Assembly: GCA_964528315.1 (NCBI GenBank)
Contig: CAZGRO010000002.1
Coordinates: 3,664 to 49,912, forward strand
DNA from: an uncultured Candidatus Bathyarchaeia archaeon
GTDB taxonomy: Archaea; Thermoproteota; Bathyarchaeia; 40CM-2-53-6; JALHTG01
Direction: 5' to 3'
DNA: 46,249 nucleotides
Positions 7,920-16,902 of the stretch are shown here, piece by piece. The number at the start of each line of letters is the position of its first letter. The stretch's first letter is position 1. The notes under the pieces were generated by a model. It was not told the origin of the DNA, made no database searches, and saw only the letters and a list, made by a program, of their open reading frames with translations. The position numbers and the translations under genes are program-made.

Positions 7920-8741
7920 TCAAAGGTACGGGCCAACTGTCTGTTTGGAAGGAACCTGGCCCTGGATTATCATTGCGATAGCATGTTGAACTTCTCTTGG
8001 CCTGGAGATTCCGTACAGCGTGTGATAAGTCCGTCCTCTGGGGATTAAAACAGCTCGGCCTCCGCCCGCAGAAAGCCCGATTCCTGCTCCGACTGGCAGT
8101 GAACGTCTTCCTCCGACACCAAGACCGCCCCCGATCCCTGCTGAGGCTGAGTCCTCACCTAATCCAAATCCGGAGGCCGTTACAGGCACAATCGTGCCGT
8201 AGTTAAGGACTCGTCCCAACAGTCCTTGAACTATCGCGAGATCCTCGATTCTATTGTATGTAAACTGCCTCGAATCATATGATATGAAGCTCTTCTCCAT
8301 CACGACACGAAGGTTTGTGATGTAGTAGTTATGGCCTCTCCTGTAGAATTCAGCGAACGCGAATCCAGCAAGACCACAAACCGTCAAGAGCCACATGTGA
8401 ACTTCCAGAGGCATCCTGAAGTATTCAGTTAACAATGTCCCTATCAACGCGATAGAGCCAAAGGCCAAGACAGAAGTGATCCGCAAGTAGATCAATCCAA
8501 TCACAATTCCTGTTCCAATCAGAACCGCCCAAAAAACTAGAACATTCACAGCATTGTATTGTTGGAGAAAGGGCAAAGGCAACCGTAATCGAAACCCTGC
8601 AACAAGAACGTATATTCGTTCCACGGCGTAGCCGAGAAAGATTAGAAGCAACGAAATCGCGTACAAGTGCCAAAATGCTAAAGGGTGTGGCTTCAGCTTC
8701 ATAATCAGCTTCTCACCAGAAAGCGGCTGAACTCTTGTCAC
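7920..8741 (-). CDS. Membrane protein with bacterial-type PH domain (bPH_2/YdbT-like) carrying a Gly-rich insert
   Basis: Several predicted TM helices are followed by YYITNLRVVMEK...YNRIEDLAIVQGLLGRVLNYGTI, the bPH_2 pattern. A Gly-rich stretch is encoded at about nt 8045-8175. Confidence 0.6.
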   Translation of the reverse strand: MTRVQPLSGEKLIMKLKPHPLAFWHLYAISLLLIFLGYAVERIYVLVAGFRLRLPLPFLQQYNAVNVLVFWAVLIGTGIVIGLIYLRITSVLAFGSIALIGTLLTEYFRMPLEVHMWLLTVCGLAGFAFAEFYRRGHNYYITNLRVVMEKSFISYDSRQFTYNRIEDLAIVQGLLGRVLNYGTIVPVTASGFGLGEDSASAGIGGGLGVGGRRSLPVGAGIGLSAGGGRAVLIPRGRTYHTLYGISRPREVQHAIAMIIQGQVPSKQTVGPYL

Positions 8742-9273
8742 AGAAATCTCACGACTTAACCAGATAGGCTGGGAGTGATTTGCTTTTTGCTCAGATACAT
8801 GTCAAATGGCCCAGTCTACCACAATGGCTTCAAGCACATGCTAAGCTTTGGAACCGGCGCGAACTTAGCTAGACTTGACTGGCAAAATGCTGATTCAATT
8901 GTTGTAGTTCCAAGAGACTCCGCATATGCTGTTCGTTGGTGTTCAAGGCCTCAAGCCCATATCACGATCAAACTTGGATTAGATCTCCCAGAATATCATC
9001 TTGTGAGTTGAGGTCAGAGGCAGGTCGCACAGAACGACACATCCAGCCATTTGTCGGACAAGGGTCATATATGGCCGATGGCAAACAAATCAAGGAATGA
9101 AGACGCCAGTCCCAGATTGACCTTCGCCAAAAGGTATGATAGTCTCTGCGACGGTCTGACCACAGAGAATGGAAACTGAAAATCGTCGCGAGATTGGCCA
9201 AGGAAAAGGTTTTAGGTCAGATGGTCTCAGGTGAACCAAGTCTTACATCAAGGTACGTGAACAAGATTTGTCA

Positions 9274-10014
9274 ATGTTTGCTGTTCCAGGGGCGTATGAT
9301 CGCGCAATCACAGTGTTCTCACCGGACGGCCGACTCTTTCAGGTTGAGTATGCAGCCGAGACGGTGAAGAAAGGCGCAACCGTTCTGGGGATAACCTCGT
9401 CAGATGGAGTTGTCCTTGCCGCAGAAGAAAGGGCGATGTCAAAACTTCAGGATCTTTCATTCATGCTTAAGATATTCCAAGTCGATGATCACGTGGGCGT
9501 GGCTGTTGCTGGCCTGAGCTGTGATGCACACATCCTTGTCGACCAGGCCAGGGTATTCTCTCAGGCTAATAGGCTTATGTACGACGAGCCAGTAGACATC
9601 GAGATCCTTACACGGAAAATCGGAGAAATAAAACAACTGTATACTCAGCACGCCGGAGTGCGCCCCTTCGGTATCTCAGAGCTTTTCGCCGGAGTGGACA
9701 AAAGGGGCCCAAGACTTTTCTGGACTGATCCTAGCGGAACATTTTGGGCCTTCAAGGCTTGGTCTATTGGGTTTGGTTCGGAAGCAGCGAACAAGATCCT
9801 AGAAGCTGAATACCGCGAGGATTTGTCACTTGACGATGCGATACTTCTAGCTCTTAAGTGCATGGTGGAGATTTCTGAAGAAAAGATTGACGCACAGAAG
9901 ATAAGGATGGCTGTAGTGCCTGCATCCACACGAAGATTCAGAAAACTCGCCACTGAAGAGATAGACAAGTATATCAAGAAAGTCAACTCGGGAAAGAAGG
10001 CGACTGCGAAATAG
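9274..10014 (+). CDS. psmA: Proteasome subunit alpha
   Basis: YDRAITVFSPDGRLFQVEYA signature. ATG at 9274; the track start at 9268 is a TTG two codons upstream. Confidence 0.95.
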   Translation: MFAVPGAYDRAITVFSPDGRLFQVEYAAETVKKGATVLGITSSDGVVLAAEERAMSKLQDLSFMLKIFQVDDHVGVAVAGLSCDAHILVDQARVFSQANRLMYDEPVDIEILTRKIGEIKQLYTQHAGVRPFGISELFAGVDKRGPRLFWTDPSGTFWAFKAWSIGFGSEAANKILEAEYREDLSLDDAILLALKCMVEISEEKIDAQKIRMAVVPASTRRFRKLATEEIDKYIKKVNSGKKATAK

Positions 10015-10127
10015 ACTCACCCACCGCGCTGACTTCAGGTCCAGACAGCAGGTGGGACACTTCGTACGATCAAAAGGAAGTTAAGTGACCCAGTCACTAG
10101 AGTTATCGGTGGGAGCAGAGTCTCTGG

Positions 10128-10817
10128 ATGAGTGACAAGTACACAACAGCGAGGCTCTCAGCCGAAGGGGACAAATTCGAAATTCTTGTGAAGCCGGAAC
10201 TAGCGCTTGATTTCAGAATGGGCAAACAAGTGCCCACAACTCAACTCCTTGTCATAGAGGAAATCTATTCCGATGCGAACAAAGGAACAAGAGCATCGAC
10301 AGAGAAGCTTCAGAAGGCCTTTGGCACAACGGATGTCGTGAAGATAGCCGAAGAGATATTGAGAAGAGGAGAACTTCAACTCACCACAGACCAAAGGAGA
10401 CAGCTGACCGAGGATAAGAGAAAACAAATAGTTGCCTTCTTGGTGAGACACTGCATTGACCCCAGAACCGGGACACCACACCCTCCATTGAGAATAGAAC
10501 AAGCGCTTTCACAGATACGGGTTTCGATAGATCCGTTCAAGAGTACTGAGGAACAAGCGAAGGCTATCATAGATGACCTCAGACCAATAATCCCACTGAA
10601 AATAGAGCAGATGCGCGTAGCCGTCAAGATATTCGCAGAGCACGCGGCAAAGGCATACGGAGCTGTGAAAAACTACGGCACCATAACGAGGGAGGAGTGG
10701 CAGAAAGACGGATCTTGGATCGGGGTGGTTGAAATGCCCGCTGGGCTATACGGGCCGTTTATCGAGAGACTTGGAAAGCTGACCCAAGGAACCGTTCAGA
10801 CCAAGATCCTGAAGTGA
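10128..10817 (+). CDS. Ribosome maturation protein SBDS/Sdo1
   Basis: 229 aa. ARLSAEGDKFEILVKPELALDFR, EIYSDANKG and IAEEILRRGELQLTTDQRR are typical SBDS. Conserved position after psmA. Confidence 0.9.
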   Translation: MSDKYTTARLSAEGDKFEILVKPELALDFRMGKQVPTTQLLVIEEIYSDANKGTRASTEKLQKAFGTTDVVKIAEEILRRGELQLTTDQRRQLTEDKRKQIVAFLVRHCIDPRTGTPHPPLRIEQALSQIRVSIDPFKSTEEQAKAIIDDLRPIIPLKIEQMRVAVKIFAEHAAKAYGAVKNYGTITREEWQKDGSWIGVVEMPAGLYGPFIERLGKLTQGTVQTKILK

Positions 10818-10877
10818 ACAAACCGGCCATCACCGGACGCCAAAGGAGTTGGCGGAAGAGATTTCCCCAATGACGGG

Positions 10878-11228
10878 CTACCTGTATACCTCAGGCGGCT
10901 TCTCTTTCTGAATGAGGCCAGCTTTCTCAGCAGCTTTTTTCCATTCTTCTCTTGCTCTCTTGCTCACAGTGCATTTAGCACAAGACTGAGCGCATAGTTC
11001 AAGATACTCCTTTTCGTTCTTTCCCTCCAATGCCTCTGCAGCCTTGGCGCAAATCGATGCAGGCGCGTCACAATCTTGGTTTCCTTTGCACAAAGCAGAA
11101 ACGTATCGGCATGAAACTGCGACAAAGTCTACGCCAAGCGCTGCTCTGTGCCTTACAACGCTGTTACATATCGTTCTGGCCAATTCACAGCTGAGCTGTC
11201 TCTGAAATTGCTTCCTGCTGAGCTCCAA
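10878..11228 (-). CDS. Cysteine-rich hypothetical protein (9 Cys, predicted helical)
   Basis: 116-aa ORF with a TTG start and no in-frame ATG. Cys spacing includes CAQSCAKC. No family recognised by eye. Lies opposite to the flanking superoperon genes. Confidence 0.4.
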   Translation of the reverse strand: MELSRKQFQRQLSCELARTICNSVVRHRAALGVDFVAVSCRYVSALCKGNQDCDAPASICAKAAEALEGKNEKEYLELCAQSCAKCTVSKRAREEWKKAAEKAGLIQKEKPPEVYR

Positions 11229-11262
11229 TTCAGGTTACTCTCCGAAAGTCTTATTGTTCACG

Positions 11263-11271
11263 CATATATTT
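11263..11271. promoter_or_regulatory. Symmetric TATA-like element CATATATTT between the divergent Cys-rich ORF and the methyltransferase
   Basis: About 35-40 nt from TTG 11228 (minus strand) and about 25-35 nt from GTG 11295/11301 (plus strand). Confidence 0.35.
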
Positions 11272-11294
11272 GCGAATCGGAGCTTCGGCTGGGT

Positions 11295-11774
11295 GTGCAG
11301 GTGTGTGAGATATTGAGTGTTGCGCCCTTCGTTTCTTCTCCTGAAGAAGTTGTAAGGAAAATGCTGGATATGGCTCAACTTAGAAAGGGAGACGTCCTGT
11401 TCGATCTTGGATGTGGTGACGGTAGGATAGTGATAATGGCTGCAAAGGACTACTCTGCAAAGGCGTTTGGCGTAGAAATCAGAGAGGACTTGGTGGCTAC
11501 CGCTCGAGAGCGAGTGAAGTCATTGGAGCTAGAGAGAGAAGCGCAGATTATCCAAGCGGATTTCTTTGAGATAGATCTATCGAGAGCAAGTGTTGTGACT
11601 CTCTATCTAACCACGAGTGGTAATGAGAGGCTCAAGCCGAAACTGGAGAAAGAGTTGAGACCTTATTCAAGGGTAGTCTCTCATGACTTCTCGATCACGG
11701 GCTGGAAACCGATAGAAGTCTCGGAGGAACCACACGGCCATACAATATACCTGTACAGGATTGGGACACATTAG
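11295..11774 (+). CDS. Small class I SAM-dependent methyltransferase, resembles the archaeal protein-lysine methyltransferase aKMT family
   Basis: VLFDLGCGDGRIVIMAA SAM motif, VVTLYLT, LKPKLEKELRPYSRVVSHDF and a YLYRIG end. Start is ambiguous (GTG 11295, GTG 11301 or TTG 11313). The track start at 11148 would overlap the divergent gene and a TATA-like box at 11263-11271. Confidence 0.75.
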   Translation: MQVCEILSVAPFVSSPEEVVRKMLDMAQLRKGDVLFDLGCGDGRIVIMAAKDYSAKAFGVEIREDLVATARERVKSLELEREAQIIQADFFEIDLSRASVVTLYLTTSGNERLKPKLEKELRPYSRVVSHDFSITGWKPIEVSEEPHGHTIYLYRIGTH

Positions 11775-11883
11775 TCTGTGCCTGCAGTCAACATGACTGA
11801 GCGGCGAGATGCGACCACAATATTAAAGTAGACAGTGGCTTCTTCGTTCTTCAATCCGATTAGGAAAACGGTGAACACGAAGT

Positions 11884-12576
11884 TTGACCTTGTATGTGGA
11901 GAAGAAGCAGCTAGTTGCTCCCGGTGAGATCCTTGCAAAAGGAAAGTATGTGTCGGGTGAGAATGTTCATCGGGAAGATGACAGACTCTTTTCCTCCAAG
12001 GTCGGTGTTGTTGAGATAGATGGAGACCGACTCGGCGTTGTGCCGCTAAAAGGATGTTATGTTCCCCATGTCGACGACACGGTAGTAGGACGGATCAGCG
12101 ACATAGGCATGTCTGGATGGATGGTGGACATAGATGCACCGTATCCCGCTCTTCTACCTGGCTCTGAAGTGTTTGGACAAAGGACCCCTCGTTCACGAAT
12201 GGATCTCTCAAAGACATTTGATGTAGGTGACCTTGTAGTGTCGAAGATCTTGGCGTATGACAGAACCCGGGACCCGCTTATTACCGCGAAGGGCCCTGGA
12301 CTGGGCAGAGTAACCAGTGGAAGAGTTGTCAAAGTGTCTCCTGCGAAGATACCCAGACTAATAGGAAAGAAGGGGTCAATGATAGGCATTCTCAAGAAAG
12401 AGACCGGGACCCACATAATGGTAGGCCAGAATGGCACAGTTTTGGTCTCAGGCAAATCCCCAGAACGTGAGAACATAGCCATTCAGGCAATAAGGATGAT
12501 CGAGCGTGAGGCCCACACTCAAGGGTTGACGGACCGGATACAGGTCATGCTTCGTGACAAGACAAGTGATGAGTGA
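11884..12576 (+). CDS. rrp4: Exosome complex RNA-binding protein Rrp4 (S1 + KH)
   Basis: VAPGEILA N-terminal domain, [11 protein letters not shown]1 domain and [18 protein letters not shown] domain. Non-ATG start (TTG 11884; alternatives TTG 11890 and GTG 11896). Confidence 0.9.
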   Translation: MTLYVEKKQLVAPGEILAKGKYVSGENVHREDDRLFSSKVGVVEIDGDRLGVVPLKGCYVPHVDDTVVGRISDIGMSGWMVDIDAPYPALLPGSEVFGQRTPRSRMDLSKTFDVGDLVVSKILAYDRTRDPLITAKGPGLGRVTSGRVVKVSPAKIPRLIGKKGSMIGILKKETGTHIMVGQNGTVLVSGKSPERENIAIQAIRMIEREAHTQGLTDRIQVMLRDKTSDE

Positions 12577-13351
12577 AATGAAGTCTCAGGACCAAAGTAT
12601 TGAACTAGTTGATGTTAACGGACGCAGAATAGACGGAAGAAGCTTAGATGAACTCCGCCCAATCAAGATAGAGGTAGGAGTTCTTGACAAGGCTGATGGA
12701 TCCTCCTACATAGAGCAAGGCAAGAACAAGATTTTGGCCGCAGTCTATGGCCCCAGAGAAGCCCACCCAAAACATGTGGCACTCCCTCACAGGGCTGTGC
12801 TGAGATGTCGTTACCACATGGCACCTTTCTCTACTTCGGAAAGAAAGTCACCAGCTCCATCACGCAGAGAGCAAGAACTTTCGAAGGTGATAAGGGAGGC
12901 ACTAGAGCCTGCTGTTCTCTCCGAATACTACCCTCGTACAACAATTGACCTGTTCATTGAGGTCCTGCAATCAGATGGGGGAAGCAGATGTGCTGGCATA
13001 ACTTCTGCTTCGCTTGCACTTGCGGATGCAGGCATCCCAATGAGGGGCCTGGTTACAGCCTGCGCAGTAGGTAAGATAGCAGGTAAGGTGGCGCTAGACC
13101 TGTCTGACACTGAGGACAAACAAGGAGAGGCAGATCTACCCGTTGCGATCATGCCACAATCAAACGTGATCACATTGATTCAAATGGATGGGACTTTGAA
13201 TCCTGAGGAATTCGAAGCGGCATTTGATATGGCAGTACGAGCCTGTCAAGGAATACACGAACAGCAGAAGATAGCCTTGAAACAGAGGTATCTCTCGATA
13301 AAAGAGGAAGTGGAAGAAAAGAAGGAGACGGAAGTCGAAAAGGAGGAATAG
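12569..13351 (+). CDS. rrp41: Exosome complex exonuclease Rrp41 (RNase PH domain)
   Basis: [46 protein letters not shown] at 12569 overlaps the rrp4 stop (ATGAGTGA). Confidence 0.93.
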   Translation: MSEMKSQDQSIELVDVNGRRIDGRSLDELRPIKIEVGVLDKADGSSYIEQGKNKILAAVYGPREAHPKHVALPHRAVLRCRYHMAPFSTSERKSPAPSRREQELSKVIREALEPAVLSEYYPRTTIDLFIEVLQSDGGSRCAGITSASLALADAGIPMRGLVTACAVGKIAGKVALDLSDTEDKQGEADLPVAIMPQSNVITLIQMDGTLNPEEFEAAFDMAVRACQGIHEQQKIALKQRYLSIKEEVEEKKETEVEKEE

Positions 13352-13354
13352 ATT

Positions 13355-14173
13355 GTGTCGGCGACACCTCAGATCCCACCTGTGGCAAGAATCGGACAGA
13401 AAACTATCGTCGACATGTTGGCTCTGGGAAAGAGAACAGATGATCGAGGTCTTCATGAATTCAGACAGATAAGGCTTGAGATTGGGGTGGTCGAAAAGGC
13501 CTGCGGATCTGCATTGATCAATCTCGGAAAGACGAAGGTACTGGTAGGCGTGAAGGTTGAGCAAGGCGAACCGTTCCCAGACACTCCAGATGAAGGAGTC
13601 CTGACTGTAAATGCAGAACTTGTTCCTTTGGCCTCACCGTCTTTCGAGCCAGGGCCACCAAATGAAAATGCAATTGAGCTGGCTAGAGTTGTTGATAGAG
13701 GGATCAGAGAATCAAAAGCGATAGACCTAAAGTCACTTTGCATTCAAACAGGCAAGAAGGTATTCGTGGTGTTCGTTGATGTGTATGTGCTTGATCATGA
13801 TGGAAACCTGATAGATGCTTCCTCAGCAGCCTCACTTGCTGCTTTGCTTAGTGCGAAAATGAATGACTACGACGTGAAAGATGGGGAGCTCGTTCTCAAA
13901 TCTGAATTGAAGCGTCTCCCAATCCAGAACCAGCCAGTCGCAGTGACATTGGCGAAGATTGATAATACATTAGTGCTTGATCCCTCTCTTGAGGAAGAAC
14001 AAGTGATGAGCACCAGACTCACAGTGACATCTGATGGAGAGGGGCGTATATGTGCAATGCAGAAAGGAGGATCAGGATCCTTTGCTGTTGAGGAGGTCAA
14101 ACTAGGTGTGAGACTTGCCCTCTCCAAAGCCTCAGAAATCCGCTCCAAGATAGCTGAGGCGGTTGCTATATGA
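13355..14173 (+). CDS. rrp42: Exosome complex component Rrp42 (RNase PH-like, inactive paralogue)
   Basis: GKRTDDRGLHEFRQIRLEIGVVEKACGSALINLGKTKVLVGVK. GTG start 4 nt after the rrp41 stop. Confidence 0.92.
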   Translation: MSATPQIPPVARIGQKTIVDMLALGKRTDDRGLHEFRQIRLEIGVVEKACGSALINLGKTKVLVGVKVEQGEPFPDTPDEGVLTVNAELVPLASPSFEPGPPNENAIELARVVDRGIRESKAIDLKSLCIQTGKKVFVVFVDVYVLDHDGNLIDASSAASLAALLSAKMNDYDVKDGELVLKSELKRLPIQNQPVAVTLAKIDNTLVLDPSLEEEQVMSTRLTVTSDGEGRICAMQKGGSGSFAVEEVKLGVRLALSKASEIRSKIAEAVAI

Positions 14174-14556
14174 CTCGAACTGTGAAAGTTGGTCAGTCTG
14201 GTAGCTTCGGTCCAAGATACGGAACGGTGGCAAGAAAGAGATATGCTGACATCATTAGTGCATTGAGGAAACGTAGCGAGTGCCCGCGATGCCACATCAC
14301 AGCTGTCAGAAGAGAATCAGTCGGAGTCTGGGTATGCTACAAGTGTGGATACAAGTTTGCTGGAGGAGCATATGTACCAGAAACGAAGCTAGGGGATGTA
14401 GCGCGACGAGCCACCCGAGGCGCAGGTGCAGGGACCATAGCTACTGCCTTAGGTCTAGTTCAGACTCCCGAAGAATCCGTTGAGGAAGAAGGCAAAAGAG
14501 TCAGAAGAAGAGTGAGACGAAAAAGGGCCGCTGAGAACAGTGAGAAGACTCAGTGA
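14170..14556 (+). CDS. rpl37ae: 50S ribosomal protein L37Ae (eL43) with C-terminal extension
   Basis: VGQSGSFGPRYG, then the zinc ribbon CPRC...CYKCGYKFAGGAY. ATGA overlap with the rrp42 stop. About 45 extra C-terminal residues. Confidence 0.9.
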   Translation: MTRTVKVGQSGSFGPRYGTVARKRYADIISALRKRSECPRCHITAVRRESVGVWVCYKCGYKFAGGAYVPETKLGDVARRATRGAGAGTIATALGLVQTPEESVEEEGKRVRRRVRRKRAAENSEKTQ

Positions 14557-14754
14557 CCACTGCGGAATGGTGCAACACCCTCTTGGCTGCCGCCAACAGA
14601 TAGAAAGGTGTGATCTGAATCTCAAAATCCGATCCTACTGCGCCTAATAGAGAATGCAGCGCACGTGAGGAAATACGAGAGTTAATATCAGATTGTCGGC
14701 TCGTGGTCTGCCCATCCCAACCTTAAGCTACGTGGAACTGCCTGAGGTCTAGCG

Positions 14755-15018
14755 TTGAGAGCGACCAAGGCCGAGATCATACTCAAATTGGATTCAAAGA
14801 AAGCAGCCACGGCAGTATACAATGCTGTCTTGCTAGAAACAAAGCAATCAATAGGACCAAGATCGACTGCTCACGTTAGGTTGAAAGAGCGACAGCTACA
14901 GATATGCCTCAATGCAATGGACTTGAACGCATTGAGAGCAGCGCTCAACTCCTACCTGAGGTGGATAGCAGGTTCTGCAGATCTCATAAACACCATTGAT
15001 CTTTTCAGCCGAGAATGA
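14755..15018 (+). CDS. pcc1: KEOPS complex subunit Pcc1
   Basis: 87 aa. AATAVYNAVLLE...LNALRAALNSYLRWI closely matches the Pcc1/CTAG family pattern. TTG start. Confidence 0.8.
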   Translation: MRATKAEIILKLDSKKAATAVYNAVLLETKQSIGPRSTAHVRLKERQLQICLNAMDLNALRAALNSYLRWIAGSADLINTIDLFSRE

Positions 15019-15239
15019 AATGAGTGACTTCATCCCGGAAGACCAGCGGACCAGGTGGCCCTAGGCTCAATCTCAGGCGGGTCCGCTTACACATCGGTAG
15101 CATGGGTATCTCCCAGATCCTAGTAGATAGGAGATTGCGAACACCAACGAGATGAATGACAACATTTCATGCCGGATAACGTTATTATTCAGGTAAGCGC
15201 GTAAAGCGGTATTCAACATCGCCATCAGAAGGTGTGATC

Positions 15240-15608
15240 ATGAGTCAGAATGAACAACTACCTCCACAGATCCAAGAAGATCTTGTAAGACTTCAACAAT
15301 TGCAGCAGACGCTGCAGGTTGTAGTCACCCAAAAGCAGCAACTTGAATTAGAACTGACAGAAACAGAGAAAGCGCTCTCGGAGCTGGATAAGATAGCTGA
15401 CACCGTTCCCGTCTACAAGAGCGTTGGAAGCATTCTTCTAAGATCGGAGCGGCAAGGCCTCATGAATGAACTGAAAGAGAAGAAAGAACTCATCAATACT
15501 CGAGTGACCGTTCTGGCAAAGCAAGAAGAGCGGACAAGAGAAAGGTTGAAGGAGCTCCAAGATAGGGTGCAGCAACGACTCAAAACCTCCGGTGCTTCAG
15601 CCGACTGA
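15240..15608 (+). CDS. pfdB: Prefoldin subunit beta
   Basis: Coiled-coil/beta-hairpin/coiled-coil layout: QLQQ..., VPVYKSVGSILLRSER, LKEKKELINTRV. ATG at 15240 after GAAGGTG. Confidence 0.88.
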   Translation: MSQNEQLPPQIQEDLVRLQQLQQTLQVVVTQKQQLELELTETEKALSELDKIADTVPVYKSVGSILLRSERQGLMNELKEKKELINTRVTVLAKQEERTRERLKELQDRVQQRLKTSGASAD

Positions 15609-15687
15609 GTGCAAATGCAGCCTACGTCAGGCCGAACTCATTTGAATCTTCTGAACTCACCCCAACTCTTGTCATTTCTCTGTCAGA

Positions 15688-16755
15688 TTGCTTTTCGACG
15701 TGAGCCCCGGCGCCGTCATACTGACTTCGTTTAGTGAATTGAAGCGAGGGTGTTCCCTCAATTTGCGAAGCTCCAGGTACATTCTCAGGTCAATCAGAAA
15801 CGCCAAGCGTGTCGCAATAATCACTCATCGAAATGCTGATCCAGATGCATTGTGCTCAGCATATGCCCTAGGTTATCTCCTTAGAAAGCTCAAAAGGGGC
15901 GTCGAGGTTCACCTAGTGGCACCTCAGGGAATAAGCAAGGTAGCAAAGCGAATCGTAGAGCACTTGCACATAAGACTCCATGATCCTCAAAACCTTGAGG
16001 AATATGATATCGTCTTTACAATTGACGCCAACACACTTCTTCAGCTGGCGGAATATGGAACTCGTCTAAGAGATTACGAAGGTGTAGTGATAGTCATTGA
16101 TCACCACGCCTCAGATCCAAGGACTTTGGAGGTGGCAACTCATGCCATCATAGACGACAAGGCTGTCTCGGTGTCTCAGATTGTCTACAGCCTCTATAAG
16201 AGGTCCAAGATTCCCGTAAGCCGACCTGTGGCTTGGGCTCTGTTTCTCGGAATTGCCTATGACACGAGACATTTCGCCCTTGCGACATCCACGAGTTTCA
16301 AGATCGCTGGCGATCTTGTGCGAAGGGGAGTCGATGCAGCCAAAGCAATCAGGCTTTTGCACGTTCCGATAACAGAGTCCGAAAGAATAGCCCGCTTGAA
16401 AGGAGCACAGAGGCTCAAAATAACCCGAGTTGGAAGATGGGTTTTGGCGTCAACATATGTTGGTTCACATCAGGCATCTGTCGCTAGAGGCCTGATTATG
16501 CTCGGTGCTGATGTTGCGGTGGTTTCCGGGGGTAAGAAAGGAGAGGTACAAGTGAGTCTGAGATCAACTCAAGACTTCTATGACAGCACAGGAACCCACT
16601 TGGGAACAGACGTAGCCAGAGCAGTTGGAGAACTCATTCATGGAGCAGGAGGAGGGCATGCGATTGCGGCAGGAATTCGCGGGAAGGATGAGGAAGAATC
16701 AGTTCTGACAAAGTGTCTTCAAGTTCTGACTGAACAGCTGAGCAAGAAGTTGTAA
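15688..16755 (+). CDS. DHH-family phosphoesterase (NrnA-like, DHH + DHHA1)
   Basis: IITHRNADPDALCS, VIVIDHHASD and GGGHAIAAG motifs. Start uncertain (TTG 15688; alternative TTG 15763). Confidence 0.85.
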   Translation: MLFDVSPGAVILTSFSELKRGCSLNLRSSRYILRSIRNAKRVAIITHRNADPDALCSAYALGYLLRKLKRGVEVHLVAPQGISKVAKRIVEHLHIRLHDPQNLEEYDIVFTIDANTLLQLAEYGTRLRDYEGVVIVIDHHASDPRTLEVATHAIIDDKAVSVSQIVYSLYKRSKIPVSRPVAWALFLGIAYDTRHFALATSTSFKIAGDLVRRGVDAAKAIRLLHVPITESERIARLKGAQRLKITRVGRWVLASTYVGSHQASVARGLIMLGADVAVVSGGKKGEVQVSLRSTQDFYDSTGTHLGTDVARAVGELIHGAGGGHAIAAGIRGKDEEESVLTKCLQVLTEQLSKKL

Positions 16756-16902
16756 CCTGTTCTCTGTACCTCTCTTCGTTGACATATCAATCAACGAGGT
16801 GTACATGGTGGGAAAATACCGATAAATACTGCTGTCTGCAGTATGTGCGAAATCACATATGGGTAGTTACTCAAGAATGGGATCACCTGGTATGGAAGCT
16901 CA

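Noticed and set aside
14557-14754. Looked for the small rpoP gene (CxxC...CxxC zinc ribbon) that often follows rpl37ae in the superoperon.
   Set aside because: No frame on the plus strand gives a paired-CxxC peptide. The longest candidate (MVQHPLGCRQQIERCDLNLKIRSYCA) does not fit RpoP.
15045-15091. Hairpin AGCGGACC(27 nt)GGTCCGCT followed by ACA, considered as an H/ACA guide RNA.
   Set aside because: The total length of about 43 nt is too short for a lower stem, pocket, upper stem and K-turn. The loop has only a 3-bp internal stem. It may simply be a 3' structure after pcc1.
15073-15225. Minus-strand 50-aa ORF (MAMLNTALRAYLNNNVIRHEMLSFISLVFAISYLLGSGRYPCYRCVSGPA) between pcc1 and pfdB.
   Set aside because: No recognisable family and no obvious promoter or SD. 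It overlaps the likely pfdB promoter. I cannot support it from sequence alone.
16776-16797. Hairpins immediately after stop codons, considered as terminators. These are TCGTTGA(8 nt)TCAACGA after the DHH gene, GAACGG...CCGTTC at 33415-33437 after the LarA gene, and the palindrome GTCGAGCTCGAC at 43219-43230 after tpiA.
   Set aside because: Archaeal termination mainly uses oligo-T tracts, and none of these is followed by a clear T-run. They may be incidental.
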